Shown: one piece after another, positions 10,881 through 22,920 of the stretch
Layout of the letters: the number at the start of each line of letters is the position of its first letter
How positions within the stretch are numbered: the first letter of the stretch is position 1
Notes under the pieces: generated by a model
Seen by the model: the letters and a program-made list of their open reading frames with translations, nothing else
What the model was told of the DNA's origin: nothing
Database searches by the model: none
NCBI GenBank assembly: GCA_964617055.1
Contig: CAZTUZ010000002.1
Location: 9,729 to 73,728, forward strand
DNA from: an uncultured Thiothrix sp.
Lineage (GTDB): Bacteria; Pseudomonadota; Gammaproteobacteria; Thiotrichales; Thiotrichaceae
Reading direction: 5' to 3'
Length of the DNA stretch: 64,000 nt
Program-made: the position numbers and the translations under genes

Positions 10881-12235
10881 GTTGGTTAATGCTTTCCCAG
10901 ATTGCGCAGATGATAGGTGGAACATTACACGGTGCGGATGTGGCGATTGAACGCCTAGAACGCGATTCACGCCAAGTACAGGTGGGGGATTTATTCCTCG
11001 CGCTGCAAGGCGAGCGTTTCGATGCCCATGATTTCGTCCCACAAGTGGCAGGCAAAGCCAGTGCCGTTTTGGTTTCACGGCTTGTTGAGGCGGCAATTCC
11101 ACAGGTCTTGGTGGATGATGTGCGTTTAGCATTAGGGCGGTTGGCGGCGGTATGGCGACAACAATTTACCCAACCAGTCGTCGGCTTAACTGGCAGTAAT
11201 GGAAAAACCACACTAAAAGAAATGCTTACGGCGATTCTGTCGCAGCAAGGGCAAACCCTTGCAACCCTTGGCAATTTGAATAATGACATCGGAATGCCGC
11301 TGACCTTGTTGCGTTTGCGTGAGGCAGATCAATTCGCGGTGATTGAAATGGGCGCGAACCATTTTGGGGAAATCGCTTACTTAACCAACATTGTTCAGCC
11401 GAATGTGGCGATTTTAAACAATGCGGGTAATGCGCATTTGGAAGGCTTTGGCGATTTGGCAGGTGTGGCTCGCGCGAAAGGTGAAATCTTTGCTGGGTTG
11501 CGTGATGGCGGTGTGGCAATTATTAATGCTGATGATGCTTATGCGGATTATTGGTTAGGGCTGAATACACAGCGTCAAATCCTGCGCTTTGGTATGGAAA
11601 AGCCTGCCGATGTGCAAGGTTCGGTGGATGCTGCAAACCAATTCTGGATTCAGGCGCAAGGGCAAACCGTAGCGGTGAATCTGCCTTTATTGGGGCGGCA
11701 TAACCAGATGAATGCGCTGGCGGCAACAGCAGCAGCATTGGCGTTGGGGTTATCGCTGGAAACGATTGTCATGGGCTTGGCAACGTTGAAAGCAGTAAAA
11801 GGGCGGTTGTGCCCGAAACAGGGTAAACACGGCGGCATGGTGATTGATGATACTTACAATGCGAACCCGATATCGACTGCCGCTGCGGTGACGGTATTAG
11901 CAGGCGTACAGGGACGCAAAATCATGATATTAGGGGATATGGGTGAGCTAGGTGATGCTGGTTTGGTTTTACATGCTGCGATTGGGGAACAAGCCGCTAT
12001 GCAGGGTGTGGACGCGCTATTCACTTTGGGGAATTTGAGTGCGGCTGCTAGCCAGGCTTTTGCGCAAGCAAAAGGCAGTGTGGCGCAGCACTTTGGAGAT
12101 TTAACGGATTTATTAACCGTTCTGGGGCAAACATTGCAGCCGAGAACAACAGTGTTAGTCAAAGGTTCGCGTTCAGCACGCATGGAGCGTGTGGTGGAGG
12201 CTTTGACGGTAACTACCATGCAGGAGGCTGTTTAA
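10877..12235 (+). CDS. murF: UDP-N-acetylmuramoyl-tripeptide--D-alanyl-D-alanine ligase
   Basis: The ORF track starts at 10868. The ATG at 10877 overlaps the murE stop (ATGA) and is the more likely start. P-loop GLTGSNGKTT is present. Confidence 0.93.
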   Translation: MSWLMLSQIAQMIGGTLHGADVAIERLERDSRQVQVGDLFLALQGERFDAHDFVPQVAGKASAVLVSRLVEAAIPQVLVDDVRLALGRLAAVWRQQFTQPVVGLTGSNGKTTLKEMLTAILSQQGQTLATLGNLNNDIGMPLTLLRLREADQFAVIEMGANHFGEIAYLTNIVQPNVAILNNAGNAHLEGFGDLAGVARAKGEIFAGLRDGGVAIINADDAYADYWLGLNTQRQILRFGMEKPADVQGSVDAANQFWIQAQGQTVAVNLPLLGRHNQMNALAATAAALALGLSLETIVMGLATLKAVKGRLCPKQGKHGGMVIDDTYNANPISTAAAVTVLAGVQGRKIMILGDMGELGDAGLVLHAAIGEQAAMQGVDALFTLGNLSAAASQAFAQAKGSVAQHFGDLTDLLTVLGQTLQPRTTVLVKGSRSARMERVVEALTVTTMQEAV

Positions 12236-13318
12236 ATGTTGGTGTGGTTGTTTGATTTTTTGAGTCAGTTTTATAGTGGGTTTAATGTTTTCCAATACCT
12301 GACGTTGCGCGGGATTCTGGGATTATTGACAGCATTATTCATTGCCTTATGGACAGGGCCGATGATGATTCGCGCCTTGACAAGATTAAAAATTGGGCAG
12401 TATATTCGCGAAGATGGTCCTCAACACCAAATGAAAGCGGGAACGCCGACGATGGGTGGGGTCATGATTATTCTGGCGATTGCGGTTTCTACCCTGTTAT
12501 GGGCAGATTTAACCAATCGCTATGTGTGGGTAGTTCTAGGGGTCACACTAGGCTTTGGTTTAGTCGGGGGATTAGACGACTATATCAAGCTCAAAATGCG
12601 TCGTAATTTGGGGCTGACGGCACGGCAAAAAACCGTGGGATTGACTATCGTTGGGTTTGCGGCGGCACTTTTCTTATTTTTCACAGCACAAAGCGCGACA
12701 GAAACCACGCTTTACTTCCCTGTTTTTAAAGATGTGTTCTGGAATATGGGCTGGTTGTTTATCCCGTGGGTTTATTTTGTTCTTATTGGTTCGAGTAATG
12801 CAGTCAATCTGACCGATGGTTTGGACGGCTTGGCCATTATGCCAACCATTATGGTGGCGGGTGGTTTGGCTATTTTCTGTTATGTCAGTGGTCATGCCAC
12901 GATTTCGCATTATTTGGCCATGCCACATTTGCCACATGTTGGGGAAGTCATGGTGTTTTGTGCGGCGATTTTTGGTGCAGGTTTAGGTTTCTTATGGTTT
13001 AACGCTTACCCCGCGCAGGTTTTTATGGGTGATGTGGGCGCGTTGGCTCTAGGGGCTGCTTTAGGAATTGTGGCGATTGTGGTGCGCCAAGAAATCGTTT
13101 TAGCCATTATGGGTGGGGTGTTTGTGTTAGAAACACTGTCCGTTATTTTGCAAGTGAGTTACTTCAAAATGACGGGGGGAAAACGGATTTTCCGCATGGC
13201 TCCATTACATCACCACTATGAAAAAGTGGGTTGGCCTGAGCCGAAAGTGATTGTGCGTTTTTGGATTATCACTGTCATTTTGGTGATGGTGGGGTTATCT
13301 ACATTGAAAATCCGTTAA
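12236..13318 (+). CDS. mraY: phospho-N-acetylmuramoyl-pentapeptide transferase
   Basis: 360 aa polytopic membrane protein with [13 protein letters not shown] and HHHYE motifs. Confidence 0.97.
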   Translation: MLVWLFDFLSQFYSGFNVFQYLTLRGILGLLTALFIALWTGPMMIRALTRLKIGQYIREDGPQHQMKAGTPTMGGVMIILAIAVSTLLWADLTNRYVWVVLGVTLGFGLVGGLDDYIKLKMRRNLGLTARQKTVGLTIVGFAAALFLFFTAQSATETTLYFPVFKDVFWNMGWLFIPWVYFVLIGSSNAVNLTDGLDGLAIMPTIMVAGGLAIFCYVSGHATISHYLAMPHLPHVGEVMVFCAAIFGAGLGFLWFNAYPAQVFMGDVGALALGAALGIVAIVVRQEIVLAIMGGVFVLETLSVILQVSYFKMTGGKRIFRMAPLHHHYEKVGWPEPKVIVRFWIITVILVMVGLSTLKIR

Positions 13319-13334
13319 TTGACCTGAGTGCGAG

Positions 13335-14687
13335 GTGAGCATGGCACAGCCAAATCAAACATGGACAACGTTGGTCGTTGGTTTAGGACAAACAGGCTTG
13401 TCCGTGGCGCGGTATTTGCGTAAACAGGGTATTGGGTTCGCTGTGGTGGATAGCCGCGTGAATCCACCAAGCAAAGATGCATTTTATGCGCAATACCCTG
13501 ATGTGCCTGCTCACTTCGGTGCATTTGCCCATGCACCCGAGTTGTTCGCCCATGCGCAAAGTTTGGTGGTTAGTCCTGGTATTGCGATTGCCACACCTGC
13601 AATCAAAGCGGCGGGCGAGCGTGGAGCGGAATTAATTGGCGACATCGAGCTATTTGTTCGTGCCGCAAAAGCTCCGATTGTGGCGATTACAGGTTCTAAC
13701 GGCAAAAGCACGGTCACCACGCTGGTGGATGTGATGGCAAAAACCGCTGGTATGGTGTCTTATGCGGGTGGGAATTTGGGGTTTAGTGCATTGGATTTGC
13801 TGGAACAACCCACACCCGATGTGTATGTGATGGAGTTATCCAGCTTCCAATTGGAAACCACGCATTCCTTGCACGCTGTTTCGGCGGTGGTATTGAATGT
13901 TAGTGAAGATCATTTAGACCGTTACGATTCTTACGCGCATTACGCTTCCTCTAAACAGGTGGTGTACCAGCATTGTGCTTGTGCGGTGGTAAATCGGGAT
14001 GACCCGATTGTGATGGCAATGCCAACGGATACTGCACAAAGCGTGGTCAGTTTCGGTTTGGACGTGCCTGCCGCAGGGCAATATGGTGTGTGCGAACACG
14101 AGGGTAAGCGTTGGCTGGCGAAAGGTGAGCAGTTGTTGTTGGCAACGGATGCAATGAAACTCCCTGGAGAACACAATATTGCTAATGCTTTGGCGTGTTT
14201 GGCATTGGGTGAAGCGGCAGGGATTCCACTTGCCGGAATGCTGGAGGCATTGCAAACCTTTACTGGTTTAGAGCATCGCACGCAATGGGTACGCGAACGC
14301 CAAGGTGTGAATTGGTACAACGATTCTAAAGGCACAAATGTGGGTGCGACATTGGCTGCGTTGGCGGGTTTGCCGAATAAAACGGTGTTGATCGCAGGTG
14401 GACAAGGTAAGGGTGCGGATTTTTCCCCTTTACGCGAAGTGGCAGCCGTAAAAGCACGCGCTTTGGTCTTAATCGGTGAAGACCGTGACAAAATTGCGGC
14501 GGTTGTACAAGGTTACGCGCCGTATGTGTTTGCCGATAGCATGGCGGAGGCGGTGCAATTGGCGGCAGATTTAGCGCAAGCAGGGGATAATGTATTGTTG
14601 TCGCCTGCTTGTGCCAGTTTCGATATGTTCAAAGGTTATGCGCATCGTGGTGACGTGTTTACGGCTGCGGTGAAGGAGTTGGCATGA
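13335..14687 (+). CDS. murD: UDP-N-acetylmuramoylalanine--D-glutamate ligase
   Basis: 450 aa. GLGQTG Rossmann motif, ITGSNGKSTV P-loop, and cluster position. Confidence 0.95.
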   Translation: MSMAQPNQTWTTLVVGLGQTGLSVARYLRKQGIGFAVVDSRVNPPSKDAFYAQYPDVPAHFGAFAHAPELFAHAQSLVVSPGIAIATPAIKAAGERGAELIGDIELFVRAAKAPIVAITGSNGKSTVTTLVDVMAKTAGMVSYAGGNLGFSALDLLEQPTPDVYVMELSSFQLETTHSLHAVSAVVLNVSEDHLDRYDSYAHYASSKQVVYQHCACAVVNRDDPIVMAMPTDTAQSVVSFGLDVPAAGQYGVCEHEGKRWLAKGEQLLLATDAMKLPGEHNIANALACLALGEAAGIPLAGMLEALQTFTGLEHRTQWVRERQGVNWYNDSKGTNVGATLAALAGLPNKTVLIAGGQGKGADFSPLREVAAVKARALVLIGEDRDKIAAVVQGYAPYVFADSMAEAVQLAADLAQAGDNVLLSPACASFDMFKGYAHRGDVFTAAVKELA

Positions 14688-15922
14688 CACCGAATCCACC
14701 TTTACCTGAAGCAGCCAATGGTTGGTCACGTTATGTTGATCGCGACTTGATGCTGGCGTTATTCGCTTTGATTGGTATGGGTGTGGTCATATTGGCTTCA
14801 GCTTCGTTATGGGTCGCGGAAAAACAATACCAAGACGCTTATTTTTATGTGAATCGGCAGATCATGTTCCTGACAATTGGGTTGGGGTTGGGGTTGGCGA
14901 TGTATCAAATTCGCCTAACTTTTTGGGAGCAATTGGGGGTGCGCCTGTTGCCGATTGTGATTTTGCTGCTGATTTTGGTTCTGATTCCTGGTTTGGGCAA
15001 AGAGGTTAATGGCAGTCGACGGTGGTTGAATTTGGTGTTTATGCCGATTCAAGTTTCCGAAATTGCTAAGCTGATTACATTACTCTACTTATCAGGGTAT
15101 TTGATTCGTCATGGGAAAAATCTTGCTACTTCACCCTCTTATCAGCCTCTATTGATTCCGTTAGTAGTGTTGGGGTTAATCGGGGGGTTGTTAATGCTTG
15201 AACCGGACTTTGGTTCAACGGTTGTCATCATTAGCACGGGTTTGGCGTTGCTATTTTTAGGCGGCATACCGTTGAAACGGTTAGGGATGCTATTGGGCGG
15301 TGCGGTATTGATTATGATTCCGTTATCGCTGATGGGTTATCGTGGACGGCGTTTGCAGGCGTATTGGAATCCTTGGGATTACCAATCTGACATCGGCTAT
15401 CAAGTCGTCAATGCACAAATGGCAATCGGTGACGGTGGTTGGTTTGGTGTTGGTTTGGGTGGCGGCGTTCAAAAGTTATTTTACTTACCCGAAGTGCATA
15501 ATGACTTTATTTTTTCCGTGATTGCCGAAGAATTTGGTTTTGTTGGCATGTTGGTTGTGCTGTGTTTGTACGGCTGGTTGGTGGCGCGTGCTTTTGTGAT
15601 TGGTTTTCAAGCGGATAAACACAATCTGCATTATGGTGCATACATCGCTTATGGTATTGGTTTTTGGATCGGTTTTCAGGTCATTATGCACATTGGGGTG
15701 AATTTGGCGATTGTGCCAAACAAGGGTCTTACTCTTCCCTTAATGAGTTATGGTGGCAGTAGTTTAATCATGACCCTAATCGCCATCGCGTTATTGATGC
15801 GAGTCTATCGCGAAACGCAAATTGCCCAGTTTGGTGTACCTGATCGTCGTTCCTCGGCACGCCCTTCGCTTTCAACTTCAACAAAACGTACAACAACAAG
15901 GAGAACAGCGCGTGGCGCATGA
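14684..15922 (+). CDS. ftsW: peptidoglycan glycosyltransferase FtsW (SEDS family)
   Basis: 412 aa polytopic membrane protein with SEDS blocks (PDFGS, HNDFIFSVI, GLTLPLMSYGGSS). Confidence 0.95.
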   Translation: MTPNPPLPEAANGWSRYVDRDLMLALFALIGMGVVILASASLWVAEKQYQDAYFYVNRQIMFLTIGLGLGLAMYQIRLTFWEQLGVRLLPIVILLLILVLIPGLGKEVNGSRRWLNLVFMPIQVSEIAKLITLLYLSGYLIRHGKNLATSPSYQPLLIPLVVLGLIGGLLMLEPDFGSTVVIISTGLALLFLGGIPLKRLGMLLGGAVLIMIPLSLMGYRGRRLQAYWNPWDYQSDIGYQVVNAQMAIGDGGWFGVGLGGGVQKLFYLPEVHNDFIFSVIAEEFGFVGMLVVLCLYGWLVARAFVIGFQADKHNLHYGAYIAYGIGFWIGFQVIMHIGVNLAIVPNKGLTLPLMSYGGSSLIMTLIAIALLMRVYRETQIAQFGVPDRRSSARPSLSTSTKRTTTRRTARGA

Positions 15923-17042
15923 TGCAAATAATGCTGGCCGTCCCGTTTTGATCACGGCGGGTGGCACAGGTGGGCATGTTTACCCTGGTTTAGCGGTGGC
16001 GCGTGCGTTAATCGCTCAAGGTATTCCAGTGGTCTGGATGGGGACACGCAAAGGCCTAGAAGCACGAGTCATTCCCGAAGCAGGAATTGAAATGGCATGG
16101 CTGGAAGTTAATGCCCTGCGTGGCAAAGGTCTGATGACGACCTTGCTCGCTCCTGTGAATTTGGTACGCGCCTTGTGGCAATCCTTCCAAATTATGCGGC
16201 GTTACCGACCTGCGGCTGTGTTAGGTATGGGCGGTTTTGTGGCAGGTCCTGGTGGTTTAGTGGCGGCATTAATGGGGATTCCTGTTGTAATTCATGAGCA
16301 AAATGCCGTGGCAGGTTTAACCAATAAGCTGCTGTCAAACGTGTGTCGTCGCATTTTGGAGGGTTTTCCCCATACTTTTCCTGTCAGTGCGAAAGTCATG
16401 GCGACGGGGAATCCGGTGCGTTTGGACATTGCCAATTTGCCCGAGCCAGCCGAACGTGCTGCTAGCCGAGCACACGAACCAGTCCATGTACTGGTGGTGG
16501 GTGGGAGTTTGGGGGCGCAAGCGTTAAACCAGATCGTGCCGCAAGCTTTGGCATTAATGCCGGAAGGACAACGCCCGATTGTGCGTCACCAAGCAGGGGC
16601 TAAAAACATCGACGATGCGCGTGAACAATACCGCAAAGCGCAAGTCATGGCGGATGTTACGCCATTTATCGAAGACATGGCTGCTGCGTATGCTTGGGCA
16701 GATTTGGTGATTTGTCGTTCGGGTGCGTTGACGGTCGCTGAATTGGCATCCGCAGGCGTGGCGGCGTTGTTAGTACCATTCCCCCATGCAGTTGATGATC
16801 ATCAAACTGCGAACGGTAAGTATTTAGCTGATCATGGCGCGGCATTATTGATCCAACAACGCGATTTAAATGCGGAAAAATTGGCGACGGTTTTAATAGA
16901 TTTGTGTACAAGCCGCGCAAAATTGCAACAAATGGGTACTGTCGCACGGCAACTGGCGAAGCCGTATGCCACAGCACAAGTCGCCGCCATTTGTGCAGCT
17001 TTTGCAGGTTATGATTTTGACAATAAAACGGGTAAGCAATAA
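15912..17042 (+). CDS. murG: UDP-N-acetylglucosamine--N-acetylmuramyl-(pentapeptide) pyrophosphoryl-undecaprenol GlcNAc transferase
   Basis: The ORF track begins at 15822, inside ftsW. The GTG at 15912 is preceded by AAGGAG and gives VAHDANNAGRPVLITAGGTGGHVYP, the normal MurG N-terminus. Confidence 0.92.
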   Translation: MAHDANNAGRPVLITAGGTGGHVYPGLAVARALIAQGIPVVWMGTRKGLEARVIPEAGIEMAWLEVNALRGKGLMTTLLAPVNLVRALWQSFQIMRRYRPAAVLGMGGFVAGPGGLVAALMGIPVVIHEQNAVAGLTNKLLSNVCRRILEGFPHTFPVSAKVMATGNPVRLDIANLPEPAERAASRAHEPVHVLVVGGSLGAQALNQIVPQALALMPEGQRPIVRHQAGAKNIDDAREQYRKAQVMADVTPFIEDMAAAYAWADLVICRSGALTVAELASAGVAALLVPFPHAVDDHQTANGKYLADHGAALLIQQRDLNAEKLATVLIDLCTSRAKLQQMGTVARQLAKPYATAQVAAICAAFAGYDFDNKTGKQ

Positions 17043-18473
17043 ATGAAAATAGGAAGTGACCAGCTCGCGCGTAAACGGATTAATCGCCTGCATTTCATTG
17101 GCATCGGTGGTGCTGGAATGGGCGGGATTGCCGAAGTGGTCGCCAATTTAGGTTATAGTGTTTCTGGGTCGGATTTGGCAGAAAACACCATGACACGCCG
17201 TTTACAATCATTGGGTGTGACCGTGTATAAAGGTCACACTGCGGAAAATGTCATGGGTGCGGATGTTGTCGTGGTATCCACGGCGATTGATAACAGCAAC
17301 CCTGAAATCATTCAAGCGCGTGAATTGCGTTTACCGATTGTTCGGCGGGCGGAAATGCTGGCGGAGTTAATGCGTTTTCGTCACGGGATTGCGGTGGCGG
17401 GTACACACGGCAAAACCACGACTACCAGTTTAACCACCAGTTTATTGGTCGAAGGGGGGTTAGACCCGACGTATGTTATCGGTGGCAAGCTCAACAGTTC
17501 AGCGAGTAATTCCAAACTCGGCACGGGCGAATATTTAGTCGCCGAAGCGGATGAAAGTGATGCTTCTTTCTTACACCTTCAGCCGATGATTGCTGTGGTG
17601 ACGAATATCGATGCTGATCACATGGATACTTATGGCGGCGATTTTGAACGTTTGAAGCAAACATTTGTCGAATTTCTACATCATCTGCCGTTTTATGGTT
17701 TAGCTGTGTTGTGTGTCGATGATGAGCATGTGCGAAGCATTTTGTCAGAAGTGAATCGTCCGATCATTACTTATGGTATTGATCAGGAAGCCGATGTGCG
17801 TGCTACCAATGTGCGTTATGTGGGAACGCAGAGCTTTTTTACTGTCGAATGTGCGCGAACGGGACTTTCTTTGGAGGTCGTATTGAACCTTCCGGGCCGT
17901 CATAACGTCTTGAATGCTTTGGCCGCATTAGCCATCGCCTCTGAGTTGGATGTGTCCGATGAAGCGATTCTGGCAGGTTTGCGCAAGTTCGATGGTGTTG
18001 GTCGGCGTTTCCAAATGTATGGTGATATTGATTTTGGGCGCGGTAAAGCAACTTTGGTGGATGACTATGGTCATCACCCGCGTGAAATGCAAGCGACGTT
18101 GAATGCAGTGCGTAATGCATGGCCTGAACGTCGTTTAGTGTTGGTCTTTCAACCGCACCGTTACACTCGTACTCGCGATTTGTTTGAAGATTTCGCACAG
18201 GTGCTTTCCGAAACGGATGTGTTGGTGTTGATGGATGTGTATGCCGCCAGCGAGAAGCCCATTGCGGGGGCGGACGGTCGTGCTTTAGCGCGGGCGATTC
18301 GTATTCGTGGGCGGGTTGACCCCATTTTTGCTGCTGATGTGGAAGATGTCCCAGGCATTCTGAAACACATTTTACAAGATGGTGATGTCATTTTAACCCA
18401 AGGGGCTGGTAGTGTGGGTGCATTGGCTACTAGTTTGCCCGAAGCTTTGAGTGTCAAAGGGGAATCCGTATGA
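17043..18473 (+). CDS. murC: UDP-N-acetylmuramate--L-alanine ligase
   Basis: 476 aa with [14 protein letters not shown] and [10 protein letters not shown] motifs. Confidence 0.95.
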   Translation: MKIGSDQLARKRINRLHFIGIGGAGMGGIAEVVANLGYSVSGSDLAENTMTRRLQSLGVTVYKGHTAENVMGADVVVVSTAIDNSNPEIIQARELRLPIVRRAEMLAELMRFRHGIAVAGTHGKTTTTSLTTSLLVEGGLDPTYVIGGKLNSSASNSKLGTGEYLVAEADESDASFLHLQPMIAVVTNIDADHMDTYGGDFERLKQTFVEFLHHLPFYGLAVLCVDDEHVRSILSEVNRPIITYGIDQEADVRATNVRYVGTQSFFTVECARTGLSLEVVLNLPGRHNVLNALAALAIASELDVSDEAILAGLRKFDGVGRRFQMYGDIDFGRGKATLVDDYGHHPREMQATLNAVRNAWPERRLVLVFQPHRYTRTRDLFEDFAQVLSETDVLVLMDVYAASEKPIAGADGRALARAIRIRGRVDPIFAADVEDVPGILKHILQDGDVILTQGAGSVGALATSLPEALSVKGESV

Positions 18474-19390
18474 GTATGGATGTTGCACGATTTGGCAAGG
18501 TAGCGGTGTTGTATGGCGGATGGTCAGCCGAACGTCCTGTTTCCTTGAAAAGCGGTGCGGCTGTCTTGAAGGCATTGCAAGACAGTGGTGTAGATGCACA
18601 TGGCATTGATGTTGATCGCAACATTATTCAAACCCTGCAAGCTGGGCAGTTTGATCGCGTGTTCAACATTCTGCATGGAGCAGGTGGTGAAGATGGTGTG
18701 GTGCAAGGTGCGTTAGAAATCCTTGGCTTGCCTTATACGGGTTGTGGGGTGATGGCTTCTGCTATCAGCATGGACAAACTGATGACCAAGCGCGTGTGGT
18801 TGGGTGCAGGTTTACCAACCCCAGCTTATCGTGAATTAACTGCCACCACGGATTTTGCTGCTGTGGTTGCCGAGCTGGGTTTGCCATTAATGGTTAAACC
18901 TGCAACAGAAGGCTCTAGTATTGGTTTAAGTAAGGTTAAAGTTGCTGAAGATTTACCCCAAGCCTATGCCAAGGCCGCACAATGCAGTAAAACTGTCATT
19001 GCAGAACAATGGATTACTGGTGGTGAATACACGGCTGGCATTGTTGCGGGTCAGTCCTTACCACTGATTCGCTTGGAAGTGCCTGGTGAATTTTACGATT
19101 ACGAAGCTAAGTACCTGCGTGACGACACACGTTACCATTGTCCTTGTGGACTGGCACAGGATGCAGAAAACACCATGCAGCAGCTTGCACAGCAAGCGTT
19201 TGCAGCGGTCGGTGGGCGTGGTTGGGGGCGTGTCGATATGATGCGTGATGCCGCAGGTAATGCATGGCTAATTGAAGTCAATACTAATCCTGGTATGACC
19301 GATCATAGCCTTGTGCCAATGGGGGCGCGAGCTATCGGGTGGGATTTTAATACGTTGGTGTTACGCATTCTGGAGACGACATTGTTATGA
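18470..19390 (+). CDS. ddl: D-alanine--D-alanine ligase
   Basis: 306 aa ATP-grasp protein (GGWSAEREVS-like N-terminus, EVNTNPGMT). Confidence 0.95.
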   Translation: MSMDVARFGKVAVLYGGWSAERPVSLKSGAAVLKALQDSGVDAHGIDVDRNIIQTLQAGQFDRVFNILHGAGGEDGVVQGALEILGLPYTGCGVMASAISMDKLMTKRVWLGAGLPTPAYRELTATTDFAAVVAELGLPLMVKPATEGSSIGLSKVKVAEDLPQAYAKAAQCSKTVIAEQWITGGEYTAGIVAGQSLPLIRLEVPGEFYDYEAKYLRDDTRYHCPCGLAQDAENTMQQLAQQAFAAVGGRGWGRVDMMRDAAGNAWLIEVNTNPGMTDHSLVPMGARAIGWDFNTLVLRILETTLL

Positions 19391-20220
19391 GTCCGCGCCG
19401 TCGACCGACCTCGCCTAAACACAAACGTCCTCAACAGTCGTGGCATTTACCGGACTATTCTCCGGCAATGTTGCGTCTGGCGACGGTTGGTGCGTTATGT
19501 TTGGTCGTGATCGGCGGCACGTTATTCACGCGAGCTGTGTTAAATAATCCAGAAAATTTGCGCATTAGTCAGATTGATATACAAGGTAGTCTACAATATG
19601 TAAAAGATACAGAGTTAAGAAAGGTCATTGAAAAATATAGCCAAACTAACCTGTATTTATTGGATGACGATGCATTAGAAGCAGACTTAGAACTACAACC
19701 GTGGGTACGTTCCATTAGTCTGCGTAAGTTATGGCCGACTCGTTTAGTGGTCGAGGTGGAAGAACAATCCCCAGTGGCATTTTGGGGTACGGATCGCCTG
19801 ATGAATCAATACGGTGAATTGTTCCAAGCTGATTTACCCGCTAAGCGCGGTATCTTCCCGCTGTTATATAGCCCTGAGGATAAGGGGCGAGAAATGGGAG
19901 AACGGTACTTAAAAATTCGGGATTGGTTTAAAGGTTTGCCATTAGAAATTGCTGAGTTGACTGAAGATGAAAGTAATGCGTGGCGAATCAAAATTAAAAA
20001 TGGTCCTGAGGTTTTGGTTGGTAATGATGATCAGGAACGCCGCATCCAGCGGTTTAAGGTTGGGTTTCAGCAAGAACTGGCCAGTAAGTTTAGCAATATT
20101 CGACGCATTGATTTGCGTTATACCAATGGGTTTGCCATTGAGTGGAAGCAGTCTCCTGTGAGTGGTCTAGGGGAAAGCGTGCGTCAACTCGGTATTGCTG
20201 GCGAAAGCCGCAGGAGTTAA
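19387..20220 (+). CDS. ftsQ: cell division protein FtsQ
   Basis: 277 aa with a basic N-terminus, one TM and a POTRA-like region. Position is between ddl and ftsA. Confidence 0.85.
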   Translation: MSPRRRPTSPKHKRPQQSWHLPDYSPAMLRLATVGALCLVVIGGTLFTRAVLNNPENLRISQIDIQGSLQYVKDTELRKVIEKYSQTNLYLLDDDALEADLELQPWVRSISLRKLWPTRLVVEVEEQSPVAFWGTDRLMNQYGELFQADLPAKRGIFPLLYSPEDKGREMGERYLKIRDWFKGLPLEIAELTEDESNAWRIKIKNGPEVLVGNDDQERRIQRFKVGFQQELASKFSNIRRIDLRYTNGFAIEWKQSPVSGLGESVRQLGIAGESRRS

Positions 20221-20223
20221 ACG

Positions 20224-21471
20224 ATGTCGAAAAAAACGGATCATAACATCATTGTCGCGCTGGATTTAGGCACGTCTAAAGTGGTCGCCTTGGTCGGTGA
20301 AATCAATGATAGTGGACGGCTAGAAATCATCGGATTAGGTTCATATCCTTCGCGTGGTATGAAAAAGGGCGTTGTGGTGAATATCGAATCCACCATTCAG
20401 TCGATTCAACGTGCTGTTGAAGAAGCAGAATTAATGGCTGGTACACAAATTCACTCCGTTTATGTGGGAATTGCTGGCAGTCATGTGCGTAGTTTAAATT
20501 CCCATGGTATTGTCGCAATTAAAGATAAAGAAGTAACAGATAGTGATGTCGAACGAGTGATGGATGCCGCTCGTGCTGTGGCAATTCCGGCTGATCAACG
20601 TATTTTGCATGTCCTACCCCAAGAATATGTGATTGACCAACAAGAAGGTATTCGCGAACCAGTGGGAATGTCCGGCGTGCGTTTAGAAGCACGGGTACAT
20701 TTAGTAACAGCCGCCCATAGTGCCGCACAGAATTTGGTAAAATGTGTTGAACGCTGTGGTTTAAATGTTGAAGATATTATTCTGGAGCAAGTTGCATCCA
20801 GTTATGCAGTTTTAGCAGAAGATGAAAAGGAATTGGGTGTATGCTTAGTGGATATTGGTGGCGGCACAAGTGACATCGCTGTTTTTATTAATGGTTCGAT
20901 CCATCATACCGCAGTGATTCCGATAGCTGGCGACCAAGTAACCAACGATATTGCGGTTGCTGTTAGAACCCCGACCCAACATGCCGAAGAGATTAAAATC
21001 AAGTATGGCCGAGCATTACGACAGTTAGTGACGGAAGATGATCTGATTGAAGTGCCTGGGGTTGGTGAACGTGAGCCGCGTAGTTTGTCAGTGCAAACAC
21101 TGGCCTCCGTGATTGAACCGCGTTATGAGGAGTTGTTTTCACTGGTGCTACAAGAGTTACGCCGCAGTGGATACGAAGAACGTATCGGAGCGGGGATTGT
21201 TTTGACTGGTGGGTCTTCTAAGATGAAAGGTGTGCGTGAATTAGCCGAAGAAGTGTTCCACATGCCAGTGCGAATTGGTATGCCACGGAATATTGGCGGT
21301 TTGCGTGGTGAAGTTGAAAACCCTATCCATTCCACTGGGGTAGGGCTGCTGTTGTACGGGATTACACAGCAGGCTTACGGGGCCAGACGCACTTATTACG
21401 CCACGACAACCAATGTTGCTTCAGATGGGTGGTGGGAGCGCTTGAAGTCTTGGTTTAACGGTAATTTTTGA
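20224..21471 (+). CDS. ftsA: cell division protein FtsA
   Basis: 415 aa actin-like ATPase ([19 protein letters not shown]). The C-terminal amphipathic tail is [13 protein letters not shown]. Confidence 0.95.
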   Translation: MSKKTDHNIIVALDLGTSKVVALVGEINDSGRLEIIGLGSYPSRGMKKGVVVNIESTIQSIQRAVEEAELMAGTQIHSVYVGIAGSHVRSLNSHGIVAIKDKEVTDSDVERVMDAARAVAIPADQRILHVLPQEYVIDQQEGIREPVGMSGVRLEARVHLVTAAHSAAQNLVKCVERCGLNVEDIILEQVASSYAVLAEDEKELGVCLVDIGGGTSDIAVFINGSIHHTAVIPIAGDQVTNDIAVAVRTPTQHAEEIKIKYGRALRQLVTEDDLIEVPGVGEREPRSLSVQTLASVIEPRYEELFSLVLQELRRSGYEERIGAGIVLTGGSSKMKGVRELAEEVFHMPVRIGMPRNIGGLRGEVENPIHSTGVGLLLYGITQQAYGARRTYYATTTNVASDGWWERLKSWFNGNF

Positions 21472-21488
21472 CAGTTGGAGAGACGGGC

Positions 21489-22688
21489 ATGTTTGAATTA
21501 ATGGACAGTGCAGCTAAGGGAGCTGTGATAAAGGTCATCGGGGTCGGTGGCGGTGGCGGTAATGCCGTCAAAAACATGTTGGAATCGGGCATCGAAGGTG
21601 TCGAATACATTTGTGCCAATACCGATGCTCAAGCACTGCAAGGCATGGGTGTCAGAACCATGCTGCAATTGGGAAGCTCATTAACCAAAGGGCTGGGCGC
21701 GGGTGCGAATCCCGAAATCGGTCGTGAAGCAGCACTGGAAGACCGTGAACGTATCAAAGAGCTGGTGAGCGGTACGGACATGCTATTCATCACTGCTGGT
21801 ATGGGCGGTGGTACGGGGACGGGTGCAGCTCCTGTGGTTGCAGAAATTGCGCGTGACATGGGGATTTTGACGGTTGCAGTTGTGACCAAACCTTTTCCCT
21901 TTGAAGGTCCGAAACGCATGAAGGCGGCGGATTCAGGGATTGCTGAGTTAAGCAAGTATGTGGATTCCTTAATCACCATTCCCAATCAAAAGTTGCTGAC
22001 TTCTCTGGGAAAAAACGTATCATTACTGGATGCATTCAAAGCCGCAAACAACGTGTTGTTGAATGCCGTTCAGGGGATTGCTGAGTTGATCACCCGTCCA
22101 GGTTTGATCAACGTTGACTTCGCAGACGTGCGTACCGTCATGTCTGGCATGGGTGTTGCCATGATGGGGATGGGAAAGGCGCAAGGTGAAGACCGTGCTG
22201 CTAAAGCTGCCCAAGCGGCGATTTCTAGCCCATTACTGGAAGATATTTGTTTGGATGGCGCGAAAGGGATTCTGGTTAATATCACCGCTGGATTGGACAT
22301 GGGTATCCATGAGTTTGAAGAAGTGGGTGAAGTGGTGCGTCAATTTGCATCGCCAGAAGCTACCGTCGTCGTCGGAACAGTCATTGACCCAGAGATGCGT
22401 GATGAAATTCGCGTAACGTTGGTGGCAACAGGGCTGGAAGAAATGGGGGCTGTGAGTTCCACTCCACCAGCACCATTGCGTGCGGTTGAGCCTGTACAGT
22501 CGCGAGCTTCTCGTGAGAAAGAACGTGTGCGTCAGCTTCAACCTGTGCAATTGGAACCAATGCCAAAAGTGTCGGTCGGAAAGGGAGGCCGCTATGAAAA
22601 TGTGCTGGATGTGCCGCCGATTTACCGCCAAGGGGTATCAGAAGGTAACTTGGATATTCCAGCATTTTTGCGTAAACAGGCAGATTAA
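21489..22688 (+). CDS. ftsZ: cell division GTPase FtsZ
   Basis: The ATG at 21489 (MFELMD...) is preceded by GGAGAG; the ORF track start at 21468 overlaps ftsA. The tubulin signature [10 protein letters not shown] and the C-terminal peptide [11 protein letters not shown] are present. Confidence 0.97.
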   Translation: MFELMDSAAKGAVIKVIGVGGGGGNAVKNMLESGIEGVEYICANTDAQALQGMGVRTMLQLGSSLTKGLGAGANPEIGREAALEDRERIKELVSGTDMLFITAGMGGGTGTGAAPVVAEIARDMGILTVAVVTKPFPFEGPKRMKAADSGIAELSKYVDSLITIPNQKLLTSLGKNVSLLDAFKAANNVLLNAVQGIAELITRPGLINVDFADVRTVMSGMGVAMMGMGKAQGEDRAAKAAQAAISSPLLEDICLDGAKGILVNITAGLDMGIHEFEEVGEVVRQFASPEATVVVGTVIDPEMRDEIRVTLVATGLEEMGAVSSTPPAPLRAVEPVQSRASREKERVRQLQPVQLEPMPKVSVGKGGRYENVLDVPPIYRQGVSEGNLDIPAFLRKQAD

Positions 22689-22920
22689 GATTGCCAACCA
22701 GCCTTGTTCGTCATGCCCGTCAAGCGGTTAAGGTTTGATCTTTGACCGCTTTAAATCTGTCTCCTGAGTGTAATTAATTGAAAGTCAATGGTTATAAATA
22801 GATTTTCAAGAGATTTTTCGTAGCTGGACTAAAGTTTTATTCAGATTCTAATTAACAAAATCCATTAGAATTTGTCCACTGTAAGAAAAGTGATACGCCA
22901 GAACGAAAAGGGGGGACACC

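Noticed and set aside
15822-15911. Long upstream extension of murG into ftsW
   Set aside because: The extension translates the ftsW 3-prime end in another frame. The GTG at 15912 with AAGGAG reproduces the normal MurG N-terminus.
22845-22871. Inverted repeat ATTCTAAT-N11-ATTAGAAT upstream of lpxC
   Set aside because: It is an 8-bp AT-only repeat in an AT-rich spacer, so chance occurrence is plausible. I know of no regulator for such a site.
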